This document shows positions 62,393 through 64,000 of a stretch of 64,000 nucleotides of DNA, piece after piece. The translations under genes were made by a program, and so were the position numbers. Position 1 is the stretch's first letter, and each line of letters begins with the position of its first letter. Source of the DNA: Hormiphora californensis (lineage: Eukaryota > Animalia > Ctenophora); the NCBI GenBank assembly GCA_020137815.1, contig CM035354.1, positions 434,001 to 498,000 of the forward strand, given 5' to 3'. The notes under the pieces were generated by a model. The model was given only the letters and a program-made list of their open reading frames with translations. It was not told the DNA's origin and ran no database searches.

Positions 62393-64000
62393 CAGTAGAC
62401 GCTACCGTTTTAAGCTTTTTTCTGGTCAATCGATTCCTGTTCGATTTAGCGAGTGTAGAGGTGTGTGAAGGTTGGATATAATGATCACCAAGGGACTATT
62501 ATATAGTCATGCAACCGTTCTGGCTTTCCGCTTTACCTTATAAAAGAAAACTGGCTCCATAGTGGTATAGTATCTGCACGAAGTCTGTTTTGAGTTAATA
62601 TCATAAAAATCTAAATTTCTGCAGAAATTCTGGACTAGTTAGATCAAAAGCTGGTGTTGTTTTGGTTTTAAGTCACCTTTTTCAGTCTAACATTGCAGTT
62701 AGCCTAAACAAAATTTACTTGATGTCGCAAGTTTAGAGTGGCTTTAAGGAACTCCCTAATTCTTATACGAGAAGCCATAAACAGTCGTAAATCTTACACC
62801 CCCTCATTTATTCCCTTTAAAACCTGCCTCATTCTGCACTTGGTATGTGCTTTGCACAGGCGGCATTAGCTGATCTCAAAGAACTAAATTCAAGAATTTT
62901 TACCATGACTCTGAGTTCATTGTGCATTAAGTCTTGTGACTCACAAGAGTTGTGGGTTGTTGTTGGTCAAGCTGCATGTATTTCCAACACTTCTGTATGT
63001 TTTGGGGGTTAGCAAGGTGTGTTTGGGAATGAAAACTAATATAATACAGCTGATATTGGCTCACCATGATGTGCGTTAGATCACACATTGTAGAACAAAA
63101 ACCCTGCTGATAAATGTGAGCTGTGTCTCTCTCGAGGGGAGCTCCCTATAATGCCACATGGGCGCATTAAATTGGATTACAACTTTATGTGCGGGGTTTG
63201 TGAGAGGGGATAGTGAAATATATAGAGACAGAACAGCTTCCTGGACGCAAACAATCACTGTCTAGTCGTGTGTAGGTAGGGATAAACCAGTGGTTTGAAA
63301 GAGAGAGAGAGAGTGGTTTATTTCCCTCTTTCTCTCCTTCACTCTCTCTCTCTCTCTCTCTTTCTCTCTCTTTCCCTCTTTCTCTCCTCTATCTTTCAGT
63401 TATCTCTTTCCGCGTTTCTGTCTGTTCATTAGTCTATTTCACGACAGTGTGTGTGTTCACACGTTTAATTTTTATGCCTGTTTCAGCTACTGAAATACAA
63501 ATCTAGGAGAGAAAGATAGATAGATAGAGAGATAGAGAGATAGAGAGATAGAGAGATAGAGAGAGACCCGAGACAGTGACAATGATAGATACAGCTGTCA
63601 TATATAGCAGTTCTGATATATGTTTCCCTCTGCTGAAAGGCTTGTGTGTGGCCTTTAGAACTAACCTGAATGATAATAGTGAAACTCCACAGCCATATCG
63701 ACTGATTGGTGAAACTCGATAAAACAGTTTGAAATAACAGTTTAGGAGAAGATGTACCGGCAACAACTGCCACTGTGTTTTCATGTATTCAAATCGAGGT
63801 CACCGCGGTACATCACCTACCCACTCCTACTATTGGTTACGACCTTCGCACGCTGGTAAGGGAGGGGTTATTTCGTAACCCACTCCTACCCACTACTACT
63901 ACTAGTTTATCTAAGTTAAAGTATGAGTGTAGTAATGTGGCCGGATACAATCAATTAGAGTAGTGACGTGTGCCATGTGCAATGTGTTTCCCACGCGTTC

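Overview
Eukaryotic, animal-like draft assembly: (CT/GA)n-rich, with a 100-N gap at 20931-21030 and several homopolymer-corrupted stretches (worst ~28780-30600). The repeat families resemble those I recall from the ctenophore Pleurobrachia, but this is unverified. Two spliced genes can be rebuilt exon by exon with GT-AG sites and matching phases: a PDE3-type cyclic-nucleotide phosphodiesterase on + (39645-48327, with a likely further upstream exon at 31074) and a convergent sugar-porter (SLC2A8/Tret1-like) transporter on - (50750-53913). One PDE3 intron holds a sense-oriented L2-type LINE whose ~986-codon APE-RT frame is broken only by a 716-bp element with a 9-bp TSD and GCGAAGC hairpins. The rest is non-autonomous DNA elements (hAT-, Tc1/mariner- and Kolobok-like, some nested), a three-copy Helitron array, and minisatellites. 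The best leads are: (1) the Helitron array sits in an apparent exon with a GT on its left and its own CTAG on its right, so it could splice out in frame as a new intron; (2) many tandem repeats are copies of the neighbouring splice junction; (3) a correctly phased A_AAA_AAC slippery site precedes the ATG-less LINE ORF2; (4) a dispersed asymmetric stem-loop motif with a variable inner helix.
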